A stretch of DNA of 64,000 nucleotides from the human T2T-CHM13v2.0 reference genome, Homo sapiens: NCBI RefSeq assembly GCF_009914755.1, contig NC_060948.1; one strand, given 5' to 3'. A model generated the notes under the pieces. That model was given only the letters and a program-made list of their open reading frames with translations. It was not told the DNA's origin and did not search any database. Made by a program: the position numbers and the translations under genes. Positions 1 to 18,008 of the stretch are shown here, piece after piece; the first letter of the stretch is position 1, and each line of letters opens with the position of its first letter.

Positions 1-824
1 ATGGCACCTTTACACAAGGACACAGTATTCTAAAACTCCAAATGAAAACCTTTCTTTAGGAAGTGGAAATCAGCTGCAATTAAGAGATGACACACTCAAA
101 AATGGCATATGAGAACTGGCAGGTAAAAGGCTTTCCATGAAACAATTTGAGTGTACATTGAGTCTGTACAGTCAATCCCTTGTTATCCATATCAGTCAAA
201 GGTGGTGATCACACAGAAAATTCATAATTGTGGATACTGAAAAACACAATATTTGGTTTTATATGTCTCAAGCTAGATTCAAATGGGAGAAAAATCTGGA
301 ATACATTTGTGAATCCACTGTGAAGAATCTGATTCTCTCTTTCTTGTAGTAATCAAATTGGAAAAGCCACTCAGCCTCCAAATTCTGCTTTCACTCTTTC
401 CAAACCATATGGGAAATTATTACCCAGACTGATACAAAGTAGCCCTGGAAAGCCAAATATACAAACTTGCTTTTTTTTTTTTTTTTCTGGCAACTCTCTT
501 ATAGCAAAAAGCTAAATGCTTTATCCAAAAAGCACTTTATTTCAGGTTTCTCTCTGTCTGGCTAGAATGGGGAAAAGAAAGTTATTTATATAAGCTATTA
601 TAGTACATAATTACACAGGTAACAAAAGAAAAAAAAATCAATAAGATTTTGAAAGGAATACGTTCTTACCCTAAACCGAATGGAAACAAAAACAACATAG
701 AAAGTATTAATTCAAAATCAGGCAGACCAACAAAAGTCATGGTTAAAAGAAACCACAGATTTATATAACCTAAACCCTTCATTTTATGGATGAAGAAATT
801 AACAAGCAGTGAACTGAAATCTTT

Positions 825-986
825 ACTTCAGTTGTGGTCTGTGGGCCAAGCCTAAGCATCACCTGGGAGGTTATTAGAACTGCACAATTTCAGGCCTCAC
901 TTCAGACCCACAAAATTAGAATCTGCATTTTAACAAAATCTCCACCCCAGATAATTTCTATGTACGTTGAGGTTTAAGAAGTACTT
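825..986. mobile_element. MER5A-like hAT-Charlie DNA transposon relic
   Basis: Motifs 'agcatcacctgggag...ttagaa', 'agaatctgcattttaacaa' and 'aggtttaagaagtact' resemble MER5A; ends approximate. Confidence 0.7.
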
Positions 987-1637
987 GTTAAATTACTTCT
1001 CCAAGTTATCATTAATCATTTACCATGTATATATTACTCAATGGTAGTAGTCAAATGTGTCAAGAAACCTTTCTTTGAGTAAGAGTAATTCAAGCATACT
1101 TCCCTCTGTCACAGTGAACAAACTATTTCCATAAGCTAAATTAATTATTTTTGAATTCTGCATCACTTCTTCAGGCCTTTTACCCAAGTTATCAAATTAC
1201 TATTTTAGTGCAAATAGGCATTGCCAGAGAATAATTTTGGCATTTAAAGAATCTAGTTTATTCCATGATAAATTCTACAATTCCTTATTTCCTTATGATC
1301 CCTGACTAGGAACCAGGTTATTCTGTATAGAATAAACTGGAACCGGGTCCTCGCTTATTCCATTTATTTGTCCACTCTAAAGCCAGGCATAAAGAAGCAC
1401 AGTATATATTTATTCAATCAGTTGTTGGAAGGCAAGCAAAGAACCAAGTTCTTTGTGGTCAGTAGCATTTGTGTTAATATTCCTTCAAGAAAAATTACTA
1501 GACCATTTTCAAGTCCATTTTTAGTGCACTCTCTTTTATTGGTGGTCAGAAACTGCTTCTTGCTCTCCACTTCAAACTCCTCAGCCATATAGTTCGGCTT
1601 GTCTCTACAGCCAATTGAGCCTATCCTATACTCTAAA

Positions 1638-1857
1638 CAGGTGGCTCTCAACCTGAGGTGATTTGGCCCCACAGGGGACATTTTGCAGTGTCTAGAGATA
1701 TTTTTGGATATTACAACTCTAAGGTGGTGAGTGCTACTGGCATCTACGGAGTAGAGGCCAGGGATGCTGCTAAATATACTACCCAGGCAGCCTTCCACAA
1801 CAAGTAATTAATTATCCAATCCAAAATGCCGATAGTGCTAATGTTGAGAAACCCTTG
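1638..1857 (+). mobile_element. MER20 hAT-Charlie DNA transposon
   Basis: Starts 'caggtggctctcaacc...ggggacattttgcagtgtctagaga', contains 'gtagaggccagggatgctgctaaa' and ends 'gttgagaaaccct'; ~220 bp as for MER20. Confidence 0.85.
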
Positions 1858-3055
1858 CCTAGACCCATTCCCAAACTTTTGTAGTCCTTTATCCTCCTCA
1901 GGTTCAGCTATTGCCTTCTATGGGCTGGCTGAGCCATGTCCCAGTTATTAAGATTAATCTCATCTTTAGATAAAAGAGATCCAATCCTGGCTTGATGCCC
2001 TGATCACTGTGTTTGTGCTTCATTCTCAAAATCTAGGCTCTACATTTTGTCTCCATAGTTTTGAGTAACTCAAAGGCTACAAGCTTACGTCACTCTTGCT
2101 CAGTGTCTTCCTAGGTCTTGTTCTCTAATATCACATGACTGGTCTTTATATTACCTATGAGACTTGCCTTACTATTTCCTTCTTTTAGATTTCCCAATTT
2201 TGTTCTCCAACTTTCTGTAGGGTTACCTGCTTATCCCTGGATTTGACACTGTCATTAAACTGAAAACCCCATTTGAGTAAGCATTCATCATAAAAATCCT
2301 GTCAGCTCTTCTCTTGGAAATCGTTCTTTGTCATAAATACTGTGGAAACACAGAGTGTTATAAATTTTATGAGAATAAATACAATATCTTTATTAATATA
2401 TCAGCTTCTTTTTAAAATGATGTAGAAGAAAGTAAATGCAGCACTTAGAAAATGTAGATTGGCTTTCATTCACTATCTGACATTTTCCAGATCAGCATTT
2501 CAGTTTTAAAAAATATATAATGACAAATAATTACTTTCGTATTTCAATTCAGTTGTAACTAAAGGGTAATTTTAGAAAGAACAAATGGTAAGCATAAGCC
2601 AAAAAATGAACCAAAGGGTAATAAATAAACCAAACCCCTAAAATTCATTATCAAAAAGAGCTACAACATTTTCACATTCTCAGAAAAAAATGATTTTATA
2701 GAGATTATCTTTGAATTCAAGCACTTACAGTTTTATTTGAAAGTCACGGGGAGGAGCCAAGATGGCCGAATAGGAACAGCTCCGGTCTACAGCTCCCAGC
2801 CTGAGCGACGCAGAAGACGGGTGATTTCTTCATTTCCACCTGAGGTACCGGGTTCATCTCACTACGGAGTGCCAGACAGTGGGCGCAGGTCAGTGGGTGC
2901 GTGCACCGTGCGTGAGCCGAAGCAGGGCGAGGCATTGCCTCACTCAGGAAGCGCAAGGGGTCACGGAGTTCCCTTTCCTAGTCAAATAAAGGGGTGACGG
3001 ACGCACCTGGAAAATCGGGTCACTCCCACCCAAATACTGCGCATTTCCCACGAGC

Positions 3056-3202
3056 TTAAAAAACGGCGCACCACGAGATTATATCCCACATCTGGCTGGG
3101 AATGGGGGGTCCTACACCCATGGAGTCTCGCTGATTGCTAGCACGGCGGTCTGAGATCAAACTGCAAGGCAGCAGCAAGGCTGGGGGAGGAGCACCCGCC
3201 AT
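3056..3202 (-). pseudogene. L1 antisense ORF0, frameshifted after ~codon 32
   Basis: MAGAPPPALLLPCSLISDRRASNQRDSMGVGP matches the ORF0 N-terminus, then diverges at an apparent ~5-nt insertion near 3098-3108 and stops after 48 aa. Confidence 0.75.
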
Positions 3203-3782
3203 TGCCCAGGCTTGCTTAGGTAAACGAAGCAGCCGGGAAGCTCCAACTGGGTGGAGCCCACCACAGCTCAAGGAGGCCTGCCTGCCTCTGTAGGCTCCAT
3301 CTCTGGGGGCAGGGCACAGACAAACAAAAAGACAGCAGTAACCTCTGCAGACTTAAATGTCCCTGTCTGACAGCTTTGAAGAGAGCAGTGGTTCTCCCAG
3401 CACCCAGCTGGAGATCTGAGAATGGGCTCACTGCCTCCTCAAGTGGGTCCCTGACCCCTGACCCCCAAGCAGCCTAACTGGGAGGCACCCCCCCAGCAGG
3501 GGCAGACTGACACCTCACACGGCCGGGTACTCCTCTGAGACAAAACTTCCAGAGGAACAATCAGACAGCAGCATTAGCGGTTCAGGAAAATTTGCGGTTC
3601 TGTAGACATCGCTGCTGATACCCAGGCAAACAGGTTCTGGAGTGGACCTCTAGCAAACTCCAACAGACCTGCAGCTGAGGGTCCTGTCTGTTAGAAGGAA
3701 AACTCACAAACAGAAAGGACATCCACACCAAAAACCCATCTGTACATCACCATCATCAAAGACCAAAAGTAAAACCACAAAG

Positions 3783-4798
3783 ATGGGGAAAAAACAGAAC
3801 AGAAAAACTGGAAACTTTAAAAAGCAGAGCGCCTCTCCTCCTCCAAAGGAACGCAGTTCCTCACCAGCAATGGAACAAAGCTGGACGGAGAATGACTTTG
3901 ACGAGCTGAGAGAAGAAGGCTTCAGACGATCAAATTACTCTGAGCTACGGGAGGACATTCAAACCAAAGGCAAAGAAGTTAAAAACTTTGAAAAAAATTC
4001 AGAAGAATGTATAACTAGAATAACCAATACAGAGAAGTGCTTAAAGGAGCTGATAGAGCTGAAAATCAAGGCTCGAGAAATATGTGAAGAATGCAGAAGC
4101 CTCAGGAGCCGATGCGATCAACTGGAAGAAAGGGTATCAGCAATGGAAGATGAAATGAATGAAATGAAGTGAGAAGGGAAGTTTAGAGAAAAAAGAATAA
4201 AAAGAAACGAGCAAAGCCTCCAAGAAATATGGGACTATGTGAAAAGACCAAATTTACGACTGATTCGTGTACGTGAAAGTGACAGGGAGAATGGAACCAA
4301 GTTGGAAAACACTCTGCAGGATATTATCCAGGAGAACTTCCCCAATCTAGCAAGGCAGGCCAATGTTCAGATTCAGAAAATACAGAGAACGCCACAAAGA
4401 TACTCCTCGAGAAGAGCAACTCCAAGACACAGAATTGTCAGATTCACCAAACTTGAAATGAAGGAAAAAATGTTAAGGGCAACAGAGAGAAAGGTTGGGT
4501 TACCCTCAAAGGGAAGCCCATCAGACTAACAGCAGATCTCTCGGCAGAAACCCTACAAGCCGGAAGACAGTGGGGGCCAATATTCAACATTCTTAAAGAA
4601 AAGAATTTTCAACCCAGAATTTCATATCCAGCCAAACTAAGCTTCCTAAGTGAAGGAGAAATAAAATACTTTATAGACAAGCAAATGCTGAGAGATTTTG
4701 ACACCACCAGGCCTGCCCTAAAAGAGCTCCTGAAGGAAGCGCTAAACATGGAAAGGAACAACCGGTACCAGCTGCTGCAAAATCATGCCAAAATGTAA
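3783..4798 (+). pseudogene. L1 ORF1p (RNA-binding chaperone), disrupted
   Basis: MGKKQNRKTGN... start; premature TGA at 4170-4172 (CGA>TGA); 1-nt deletion near 4482; native TAA at 4796-4798. Confidence 0.95.
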
Positions 4799-4846
4799 AG
4801 ACCATCGAGACTAGGAAGAAACTGCATCAACAAACGAGCAAAATAA

Positions 4847-8688
<3,842 letters not shown>

Positions 8689-9814
8689 ACAATGAGAACA
8701 CATGGACACAGGAAGAGGAACATCGCACTCTGGGGACTGTTGTGGGGTGGGGGGAGTGGGGAGGGAGAGCATTGGGAGATATACCTAATGCTAGATGACG
8801 AGTTAGTGGGTGCAGCGCACCAGCATGGCACATGCATACATATGTAACTAACCTGCACAATGTGCACATGTACCCTAAAACTTAAAGTATAATAGTAATA
8901 AAAAAAAAGAAAATTAAAAAAAAAAAGAAATTCACAAATAGCTTGTTTAAAGCAATTGACTATTTTCAGTGTTGTGACTGCTCTGCTTTGGTGTATATAA
9001 ACATTAAAAAAAGACTTCAGAATTTTTTATTTTCTATTTATAGAGACAAAGAGGAATCATTATTAGTTTTTTTGCCATGTCATATTAATAATCAGTGTTT
9101 ATAGGCCAAACTAAACATAATCGAAAATCACATTTCTTTAAAGAGTCCTTATTATAGAGATAAAGCATCTTCTCTTAAATGTTGTTATATTTTCCATTTC
9201 TAAGAAGTAGTTTAGGTGAAATGAAATGGAGACCCATGAAGTAGATAAATGAGACTGATTAAGAGAATAAGCCAGTTATTTAATCCCAGGAATAAGAAGT
9301 AATGTCTAAGCAGGAATTCATGAATAATAAAAGTTTCAGGGAAAGCACTTTACATGCCTGAGTTTATGACTGTGTTATTTTAAACACTGTCAGAGTCCAT
9401 TCAGCTGGAGTGTAATATTTTGTGTATCAGCACTCCTATTTTAGGATGTACTATAATTTAGAGATAGTGAGTAGTGATCCCTACATAACAGGACTACTAT
9501 TTCCTTTGCCATAATAGCAGTTTGTTTATGATAAAATTTATTTTCATCTAGTCATAGCATATATGATGCTTTCATTTTCATTCATTTCATTGGAGATTAT
9601 AGCCTTAGGTGACAGAGTTATTTTATTTTTCTTCAGAGTCCATTAAGTCATAAAAGTCTGCAGACTACTCCTAGACTTGTGCTCTACTTTACTATAAAAC
9701 AACAAATAAACTGGAACTGTTACAATATGTTCATAACGTTAACATGTTGCTAGCCATAGGAGTTCATATCTTAGTTACATTTTCTCGGGAAATTTGAAAC
9801 CTCTAAAGCTAAAA

Positions 9815-9818
<4 letters not shown>

Positions 9819-9863
<45 letters not shown>

Positions 9864-9878
9864 GTATACACACACACA
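9819..9878. repeat. (TA)n microsatellite grading into (CA)n
   Basis: Direct reading. Confidence 0.95.
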
Positions 9879-9993
9879 ATAAAGTACACTTTAAAAAGCA
9901 AAAAAAAATTTCTTTATAAGATTTAATGTAACTACATTTTTTATTTGATTTGTTTTGATTTGTTTTTGCATCAAAGATGATGCAAAGAGTTAA

Positions 9994-10358
<365 letters not shown>

Positions 10359-11158
10359 TCTTCTCTAGTTTTTTTCTTACTTGTTGAACACTGTGTTGCT
10401 TTGATTGTGAAAATCAGAAAGCCTAGCCTGTGGATGAACAAAAAGAAGCAAAAATACAAAGTATAAGTTATTTTATAGTTTTTTAGTCCATAGTAGAAAA
10501 ATAAAGTTGCTTTTCTTTTATTAAAATATACAACATTTCAGCAGTATCCACTCAGCCATGTTTCTGAGTTTTGGGTTGTTGTTGTTGTTTTGTTTTGTTT
10601 TAAGAAGCATCTGTGTGATGAGTAACAATTTTACTGTCACTTATTCCAGACATTAGTTAGTTACGAGGCTTGGCTTTTTCACTGACAAGGTTAGGTGTCC
10701 AACCCTATTCCCCGTAGCCCCTCCAAGCTCACAACATGGCCCCACTGAAAGCCCTAATGAATTATTGCCTCTTTCCAATAAGCTGGATGCTAGCTCTAAG
10801 AAGTACTTAATGACATTCACAATTTAAAACCTTACCTAAAAATCTGTTTATGGAAGAATTAGCTTAATTAACGAGTTTGCAATGAAGTCAGTCTTAATGA
10901 CGTTCTGAGAAAGACACTAAAGGTGAAAAGGAAACAAGCAGAACAAACAACCCTTTGAGCTTTTCAGGTCAGTAGTTACACTAACAATTGTCACAACTTC
11001 CCCTGAAAGGGATGGTACTTGAAGTGAGAATCAAAAAGGAAAATGTGTGATTGATCACCTCTAAGACTTTCCTCTGCTTTTCTGAAGAGCTAGGCCATAA
11101 AGTCACAAAGGGAGCAGCTTACTAGGTTGTAAAGCCTCTTGATATTTTTTAAGGCGCC

Positions 11159-11792
11159 TGTATTAGTTTTCTATTGCTACCATAATAATTTGCTACATAC
11201 TTGGAGGCTTAAAACAACACCTATTTTTCATCTCACAGGGTCTATAGTTCAGAAGTTCAGCTAGACTAGACTAGGTTCTCTGCTCAGGGTGTCATAAGGT
11301 TGAAATCAAGGTGTTGGAAAGTCTGTGCTCCTTTATTGCAAGTTTTGGGGAAGAGCCTTCTTCCAAGCTCATTCAGGTTGTTGGCAGAATCCAGTTTCTT
11401 ACAGTTGTAGGACTGAGGCTCCTGCTCCCTTGATGGCTGTCATCTGAGATCTCCTTTCAGCTCCTAATGGATAGCCACATTTCTTCTCACATGGCCCCCT
11501 CCATCTTCAGAGCCTGCAAAGGTGTGTTGAATCACCCTTGTTCTTTGGATTTCTCTCTTTCTCTTCTGTGACCAGCAGGAGAAAACTCTCTGCTTTTAAA
11601 GGGGTCATGTGATAAGGCCTGTCTCACTTAGATCATATGTGTATTTTATAGTCCACTGATTTGGACATTGATTACATTAGGAAAATCCCTTCATGATTGT
11701 ATCTAGATCGGTGTTTGATTAAATAAACCAGGCACAGAAATCTTGGGAAGTTTTGGGGAGGAGAGGACATATTTAAAATTCTGCATGCCATA
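11159..11792 (-). mobile_element. MLT1-family (ERVL-MaLR) solo LTR
   Basis: Starts 'tgtattagttttctattgct...ggcttaaaacaacac', contains 'ttccaagctcattcaggttgttggcagaatccagtttc'; 5-bp TSD gcgcc/gcacc. Confidence 0.85.
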
Positions 11793-12994
11793 GCACCTCT
11801 TCCTTTAAGAGAAAAAATCTTCAGGATGGACAACTTGGATTTAAGCCTCTGTCTGTCCCACTTGTTAGTCCTTTGTGCTGTGAACAGTTGTACAACCCTA
11901 CGTAGCAGCCCTGAGCTATAGCTTCTAGGGGTCATGAAGCATTGCCTTTACGCTTTGACTTCTTTCTCTTCTTAGAACCTTCCCTGTCCTGCTCAATCCT
12001 ATTTATTAAACAGATCCTATCCTCATAACTGACCTCCTCACCTTCATCCAAACTCTAGTATTTATTTACCAGTATTTGACATTTTTAATGTGCATTTGAT
12101 AATAATTTGTACATAACAGTTGCTGTGGAATACATCTTCTATGGCTAACTTATTTCTGCCATTGGAGTCATGTTTTCCCCCATGAAGTGTGCCATTCAAA
12201 TGGACCTTCTTCAATAATTCAAGAAATTCAATAATTTCTTATTTTATTTTCAACTAAATGAAAACTGTAAGTTCGTGAGAGTAGCTTATATTTTTTCTTC
12301 ATTTTTACTGCCAAAAATATGGTTGCTAAATCCCAATATAGACAAAGGTCAATTAAAGACTATGTAATTGTGCTACTAATGTTATTACTGACGATATGTT
12401 AAATCACATTTACTTTTGCATGTGTGTTTTGGAAAGAAGCTTTACAGTTGAGAAAGCCATAAGGGTAGAAATAGAATACACACAGAAAAGTATGAAAAAA
12501 TGCTTCTAATAGATCTGATAGAGATTTAGAAAAACAATTGTTTAAATTAGCACAATCCTTAGGGCTGAATTGGCTGGGATCTAGAAAGAACATTACTCAC
12601 CTTTCAAGGGTGTTAAACTTCTAATGGACTGAGACCTCATCCAGAAAACATGGGAATTTATGCTTTCTCCTGGACAGAAAAGCATGTATCAACTTCTTCA
12701 GTTGCAAAGTCTCACAGTAATTGACCAGGAAAACTACAATTTCTATACAAATGCTAGATGACCATAATCCCTCCTCACGCAAGTAACATTCCTTTCTCAT
12801 GTATGGACATTGCAATTCATAAAAGGGCTTATCACACACATCTCAGAGGATATATAACTACATTGCAGCAAGGTCTTTGGCATTCTAAGATAGAGGACCT
12901 AGGTTATTAAAAGCACAGATACAGAACACTGGCAGGAATGTGTGTTTTCACAAAAGAGTGTGTGTTTTCACTGAATAGCATATATTGCAAATTG

Positions 12995-13630
12995 ATACAG
13001 TGCAGTTTGGTAGAAAAGACACTAATTTGAATTTAGGATATGTGGATTTTAATTCAAGCCCTGTCTCCAAATATAAGCTCCTTTATTTAGCTTGAATCTC
13101 AGTTCCATCAGTTAAATGGGAATGCAGGTCTAGATGTTTTTTTTAAGGTCTCAGTGGGTTGAGAACCTATGGTGACAGCTAACCGGGGTTTTAGTATATG
13201 TGCCACATCTCTGTAAATGTTCACTTCCTAGGCAAGCTATTATTACAAAAAGCTATGCTCCAGGATAAACTTCTGGGAGTCAAGAAAACTTAGTTGTCAT
13301 TCTGATTCTACCATGAATGTGGTATAACTGTGGTGGCTTTGTCTCTTTCAATCTCATCTCCTCATCTCTAAAATTGGACTAAGGCTTTCTATAGCCACTT
13401 AATAGTGTTATTTTTTTGAGAATCAAATCAAATAACAGATATGAACCTGCTTTGAAACCTTTAAAATCATATATAAATGTAAGGGATAATAAATATATCC
13501 TAGCAAGTTTCTTTGATAAATAATTTATTCTGCCACTCAGTTAATAGATGTTTTCATGAATAAGTTTTTAAATGAACTGAGCCTCAATTTTATTATCTGT
13601 GAAATGAGGAAGATGACCTAGATCAGTGAT
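12995..13630 (+). mobile_element. Cluster of degenerate MIR SINE fragments
   Basis: Repeated MIR-core-like motifs ('tctcagttccatcagttaaatggga', 'ctcatctctaaaattgg', 'ctgagcctcaattttattatctgtgaaatgag'); boundaries approximate. Confidence 0.55.
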
Positions 13631-14890
13631 TTTCTTAAGAGCATTTTATATTTTTTAGCAGCAGAACTCTGATTTCACACAAAGTATCAAGTGGAATCTT
13701 ACATATATGTCAGTCAAAAAACAAAGCAATTCTAACTGAGTATGACCCAGAGCCTTGCCTTCCAAGCTTCCTTCTCTTTGCACTCCATACCATAACTTCT
13801 CATGCATTTCTATAAAATCCTGCAACTCTGAGGGGTTCTGAGTGAAAACAGATGGACCAGATAATCCTTAATCTGTCTTCCAGTTTCAAATATCTGTTTA
13901 AAATTATGACAACTGAAGAGAGCTAGTCACTGGTTTTTATATAGAATATTTTGGTTCTAAGAAATGAATAGGAAGTAATTTAACTTCTTTAGTAACTTTT
14001 TCTTCATTCATTTACCCTTTGATTTCTGTACCTTAACAGACCATGATGTCTTCTCAATTATGAAATGAAGCTTGTTGTCATAAAATATACTTACTATTTC
14101 TAATTCATTAGATAACAAAGCAGAAAAATCAATTTTTTCATTTAAACCATCATTCTAAAACAACTACTTTTAGTGCTCCATCACAAGAAGTAGTTATTAC
14201 CAGCTACAAAAATGACTGTGAAATTTATATAGTAAAACTGACAAATTCCACAACACTTGCCAAGAAAACTCAATACCCTACTGATATTAGTAAATGCATA
14301 GAAAGTCCCAGACCCATTAGGCTGTCCCATTTCAGAACATGACATTTTATTTCTTCCCAAGTGATGAAAACTAAATTTGCAACCTGAAAATTGTATAGCT
14401 TTGTGGTGCTTTTCTAAAAAACATATTGAAAATAGTTGGTTATAAGTGAGCTAAAAATGGGTAGTGCCACTATTCAAACAAAGTATGTAATTATTGAATA
14501 AGTACTTCCTTTACATCCAATACACATACCTCAGGAGTTCAGAATGCCACTTAAAAGAAGATGTGCATTTGTCTTAAATTTACAACAAAGTTTACCACAG
14601 AAGCCAACATTTACAGCTACTAGGGATATTCTGCTATCCAATTAGAAACATAATTTTATAACTAATTGAAGGAGTGCATATATATATGTATATATATATA
14701 TAGTTAATTTTAGAAAAATATATGTCTCATGGGTTTTTTAAAAATGACAATTTAGTGCTATAAATTCCTTCATGATTTTTCAAAAATGACTTTGGTTTAG
14801 AGAATGAAATTATAAATGTTATTGATCTATTAAGCATATTATTTCCTGAAGAGAGTTTAATAAAAAATACTAAAAATAAGTGTTTTACTT

Positions 14891-15514
14891 TTTAAACCAA
14901 AAATAAAATTCTAAGACCCACAACCGACTGATGGATCTCCCCCTCAGCCAAGGACATTCCAAAGTTAACCTGAAAAACTAGTTCGGGCCATAATGGGAAG
15001 TGGCAGTCAGACCTACCTCAAAATCCCCTTCTCCCCTTGGTATTTAGGCACAGCTGACCAGCATTAATATTAAAACAGAGACCTTAAGACTGATAGAATA
15101 GCCTCTTTAAGTTTATAAGAAACATTCCCTTCTATTCATTCGATTTGCATAATGTGAACCTTGGTCTCCACAACTCCTTAACAAAGACATTCCCTTCTAT
15201 TGATTCTAGGTCTTTATACGATAACTTAACTCTTTCAACCAATTGCCAGTTAGAAAATTCTTGAGTCCACCTATGACCTGGAAGCCCCTGCTTCAAGTTG
15301 TCCCACCTTTCCAGACCAAACCAGTGGACACTTTACATGTGTTGATTGATGTCTTATGTCTCCCTAAAATATATAAAACCAAGCTGTAGCCAGACTGCCT
15401 TGAGCACATGTTCTCAGAATCTCCTAGGGGTGTGTCAAGGCCATTGGTCACTCATATTCGGCTTAGAATAAATCTTTTCAAATATTTTACAGGGTTGGAC
15501 TTCTTTTGTTGACA
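14891..15514 (+). mobile_element. MER4-group (MER4B-like) ERV1 solo LTR
   Basis: 'taaaccaaaaataaaattctaag...ccaaagttaacctgaaaaactagttc' start; 'aataaatcttttcaaatattttaca...ttgaca' end; 4-bp TSD actt/actg. Confidence 0.85.
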
Positions 15515-15843
15515 ACTGTTAATATATCCTGTGCTGAAACTATTTTAATCCTTAACCAAAATAAACTCTAATTTAAATATGTGGCTTTAGTGTTCATGGT
15601 TGACTGTTATCAGGAAAATTGATAAGCCTGACTATAATCACCTGACATGTCAATAATCTCTAAAGTGAAATTGGTCTATGAGATCACTGAGGTAATGTGC
15701 TGAACTACATACATTGGAATATAGGTTAGTTCTTTCTCATGCCTGTGAAAAAGTTAATCTCTTAAAGAAACAAATGCAAAAGAAATCTAACAAAGAAATT
15801 ATGACACAGCAAAATGCGTTTCACATATACTGTGATTAACATC

Positions 15844-16425
15844 TGAAGGAGATCAGAATATGCTACCCCAAAATATGCCACTTTGGCTAAAGATTATTTT
15901 AACCTGAAGGCAATTGAGAACATCAGGCACAGGATGAGCTCTCTGCCCTCCCCCATCTGATGTCATACATTACACTTTCGTAAAGGAAATTTCCACTTGT
16001 AATGAAATTTCCATGTGTAAAGTTGTCTTCCTCACCCATAACAGAAAGAGGGGAATGATTCTTGTCATTGGAGATGGCACCAAGATGAGTGTGCATAATC
16101 AACCCCTATCCACCGTTATTTCCCCCATATATTTCCTAGTCACCGTCCCACAATTTACTCCATAGAATCTCAAACTACTTTCCTTTGTCTAGTCACTTCT
16201 GAATAATTTATCACTCTTTGTTAAAATGGCATATAATCCCCTTGGTCTAAAGGCCCCTTAGAGTTTTTTATTTCTGTGAAGCTCCAGTGCATGTAAAAAT
16301 ATTAAAACCAAGAAGGTTTGTATGCCTTTTCTTTTGATAATCTGTCTTTTCTCAGTTTAATTCACAGGTCTCTAGATCCAAAATCTGAGAAGGTAGAAGA
16401 AAATATTTTTTTTCCCTCCCTTACA
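15844..16425 (+). mobile_element. MER34-family ERV1 solo LTR
   Basis: 'tgaaggagatcagaatatgctaccccaaaatatgccactttggc' start, ends '...ttaca'; perfect 4-bp TSD catc. Confidence 0.85.
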
Positions 16426-17264
16426 CATCTACAGTCACTTTACAAACCAACCAATGTATCTGTCTTCTTAGTGGTGCAACTTGGCAACTAAATAATATGA
16501 GACAACATAACACAGAGGTTTGAAAGACAAAGTGAAAGAAAACTACATATATAATGTTATAAAGGGTATTTTAATTAGACAGAATGTAAATTAGCAGAAA
16601 TTGGACTTGGACCAAATAACTGAGGTTGCTCTTCCTGTATTCATGGACATTTTGATACACAATAAAGATACTCTAGTCCAAGTGCCTAGAATTTTAAAAA
16701 TAGCTACATAAATTTATTAATTTGATTTTAACCATTTAAAATACTATATCATTTCAGACATTAAAATGTAAAAATGTAAAATTTAGAGACATGAAGTAAC
16801 TGTAAACAAGATTGGGCCTCAATTTTTCTCTTGTGATACTTCTACAATATACAAGTAATTTTCATCTATTCTTTTATGTTTTCTCAGTAGGAATATATAT
16901 GCCTTACAAGTCACCATCTCTTGAAATGGGTTTAACAGTACAATAATAGGTGTTACTGTTAAAAAGCAAAGAAAAAAGACAGACATGGGAAATTCTGGGT
17001 TAGAAAATGTTACATATATTTTTTTGCTGTAATACATCTCAGAGTCTTTAAGGCTAATATTAACTACGAATCCAGGGAACATGCATTAGAAAACACCATT
17101 TTAAGTAAATGGATCACTTAGCTAATAAGTATTTGGCAAGGGTTATATGGCTGTCCGAATGAATCTTTAGATAGCTTAATAAGCAAATTCATGGATGTGC
17201 TTCAGTCCTCTTGCAATAGGTATTAGGATCACCAAAATGACCCAAATAAATTAATTGCCCAATT

Positions 17265-17321
17265 TAGATTTGGTGATCCCCCAATACTAGATTTGGTGAT
17301 CCCCCAATACTAGATTTGGTG
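17265..17321. repeat. 23-bp tandem repeat, 2.5 copies (tagatttggtgatcccccaatac)
   Basis: Direct reading; copies identical. Confidence 0.95.
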
Positions 17322-17723
17322 GTTTTACATTGGCTTGGTCTCCAATTCAGCACCATATGTTTCAGAAGGGATGTATTAAATTTCTTAAATTATCTTTTGT
17401 GTGTGAACAGGAATACTTAGTGTCTTAGTAATATCCAGCATTTCTAATCCTTATCTTCCTTTTTTTTTGAGTCCCTCATCACCTTTTAGGTTTATCATTA
17501 CTATCAATACTTTACCAGTAGACTACTGACTGCTAATTTATGACATTCTCTGCATTTATGAACAAGTATCATGAGGAAAGGAAAGAAATACAATTCTTGC
17601 TCCCTAATGTCATTGTGATTTCAGGAAGTGTTAGAACATTTTTGTCAAACTTGCTTAATAGTCTTTAACAAGCTGAGTTAAAGAACTTTATTCTTTCAAA
17701 CTTAGGATTTGTCATTATTTTGA

Positions 17724-17910
17724 GATTCATTAGTTTAATTAGTTAGAGCATTGTGCTAATGAGCCCAAGCACATGAATTTGAGTCACATAGGCTAGTTAA
17801 TTTTGTACAGAAAAAATATTTTCTCTCCCCCCATACTAGGCCCTTTGCCATTAACTAAGCCTCTAATGAATATCTACGTTTTGATCATAAAGGAAACTCA
17901 TCACCACTGC
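17724..17910 (+). mobile_element. Ancient tRNA-Ile-derived SINE relic (MamSINE1-like)
   Basis: 'ttagtttaattagttagagcattgtgctaatgagcccaag' resembles a tRNA-Ile(AAT) head followed by 'agttaattttgtacagaaaaa'; too diverged to be a functional tRNA. Confidence 0.55.
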
Positions 17911-18008
17911 TTAAAAAATAAAATAAAAAGGAACAGGCAGGATCATATACATATGCAGGCAGTGCAGTTATTCATCATTATTCACTAATGGATCTTTGGC
18001 CATACCTC

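Noticed and set aside
17724-17800. Functional tRNA-Ile gene
   Set aside because: Acceptor and T stems and the B-box are degenerate; better explained as an old SINE head.
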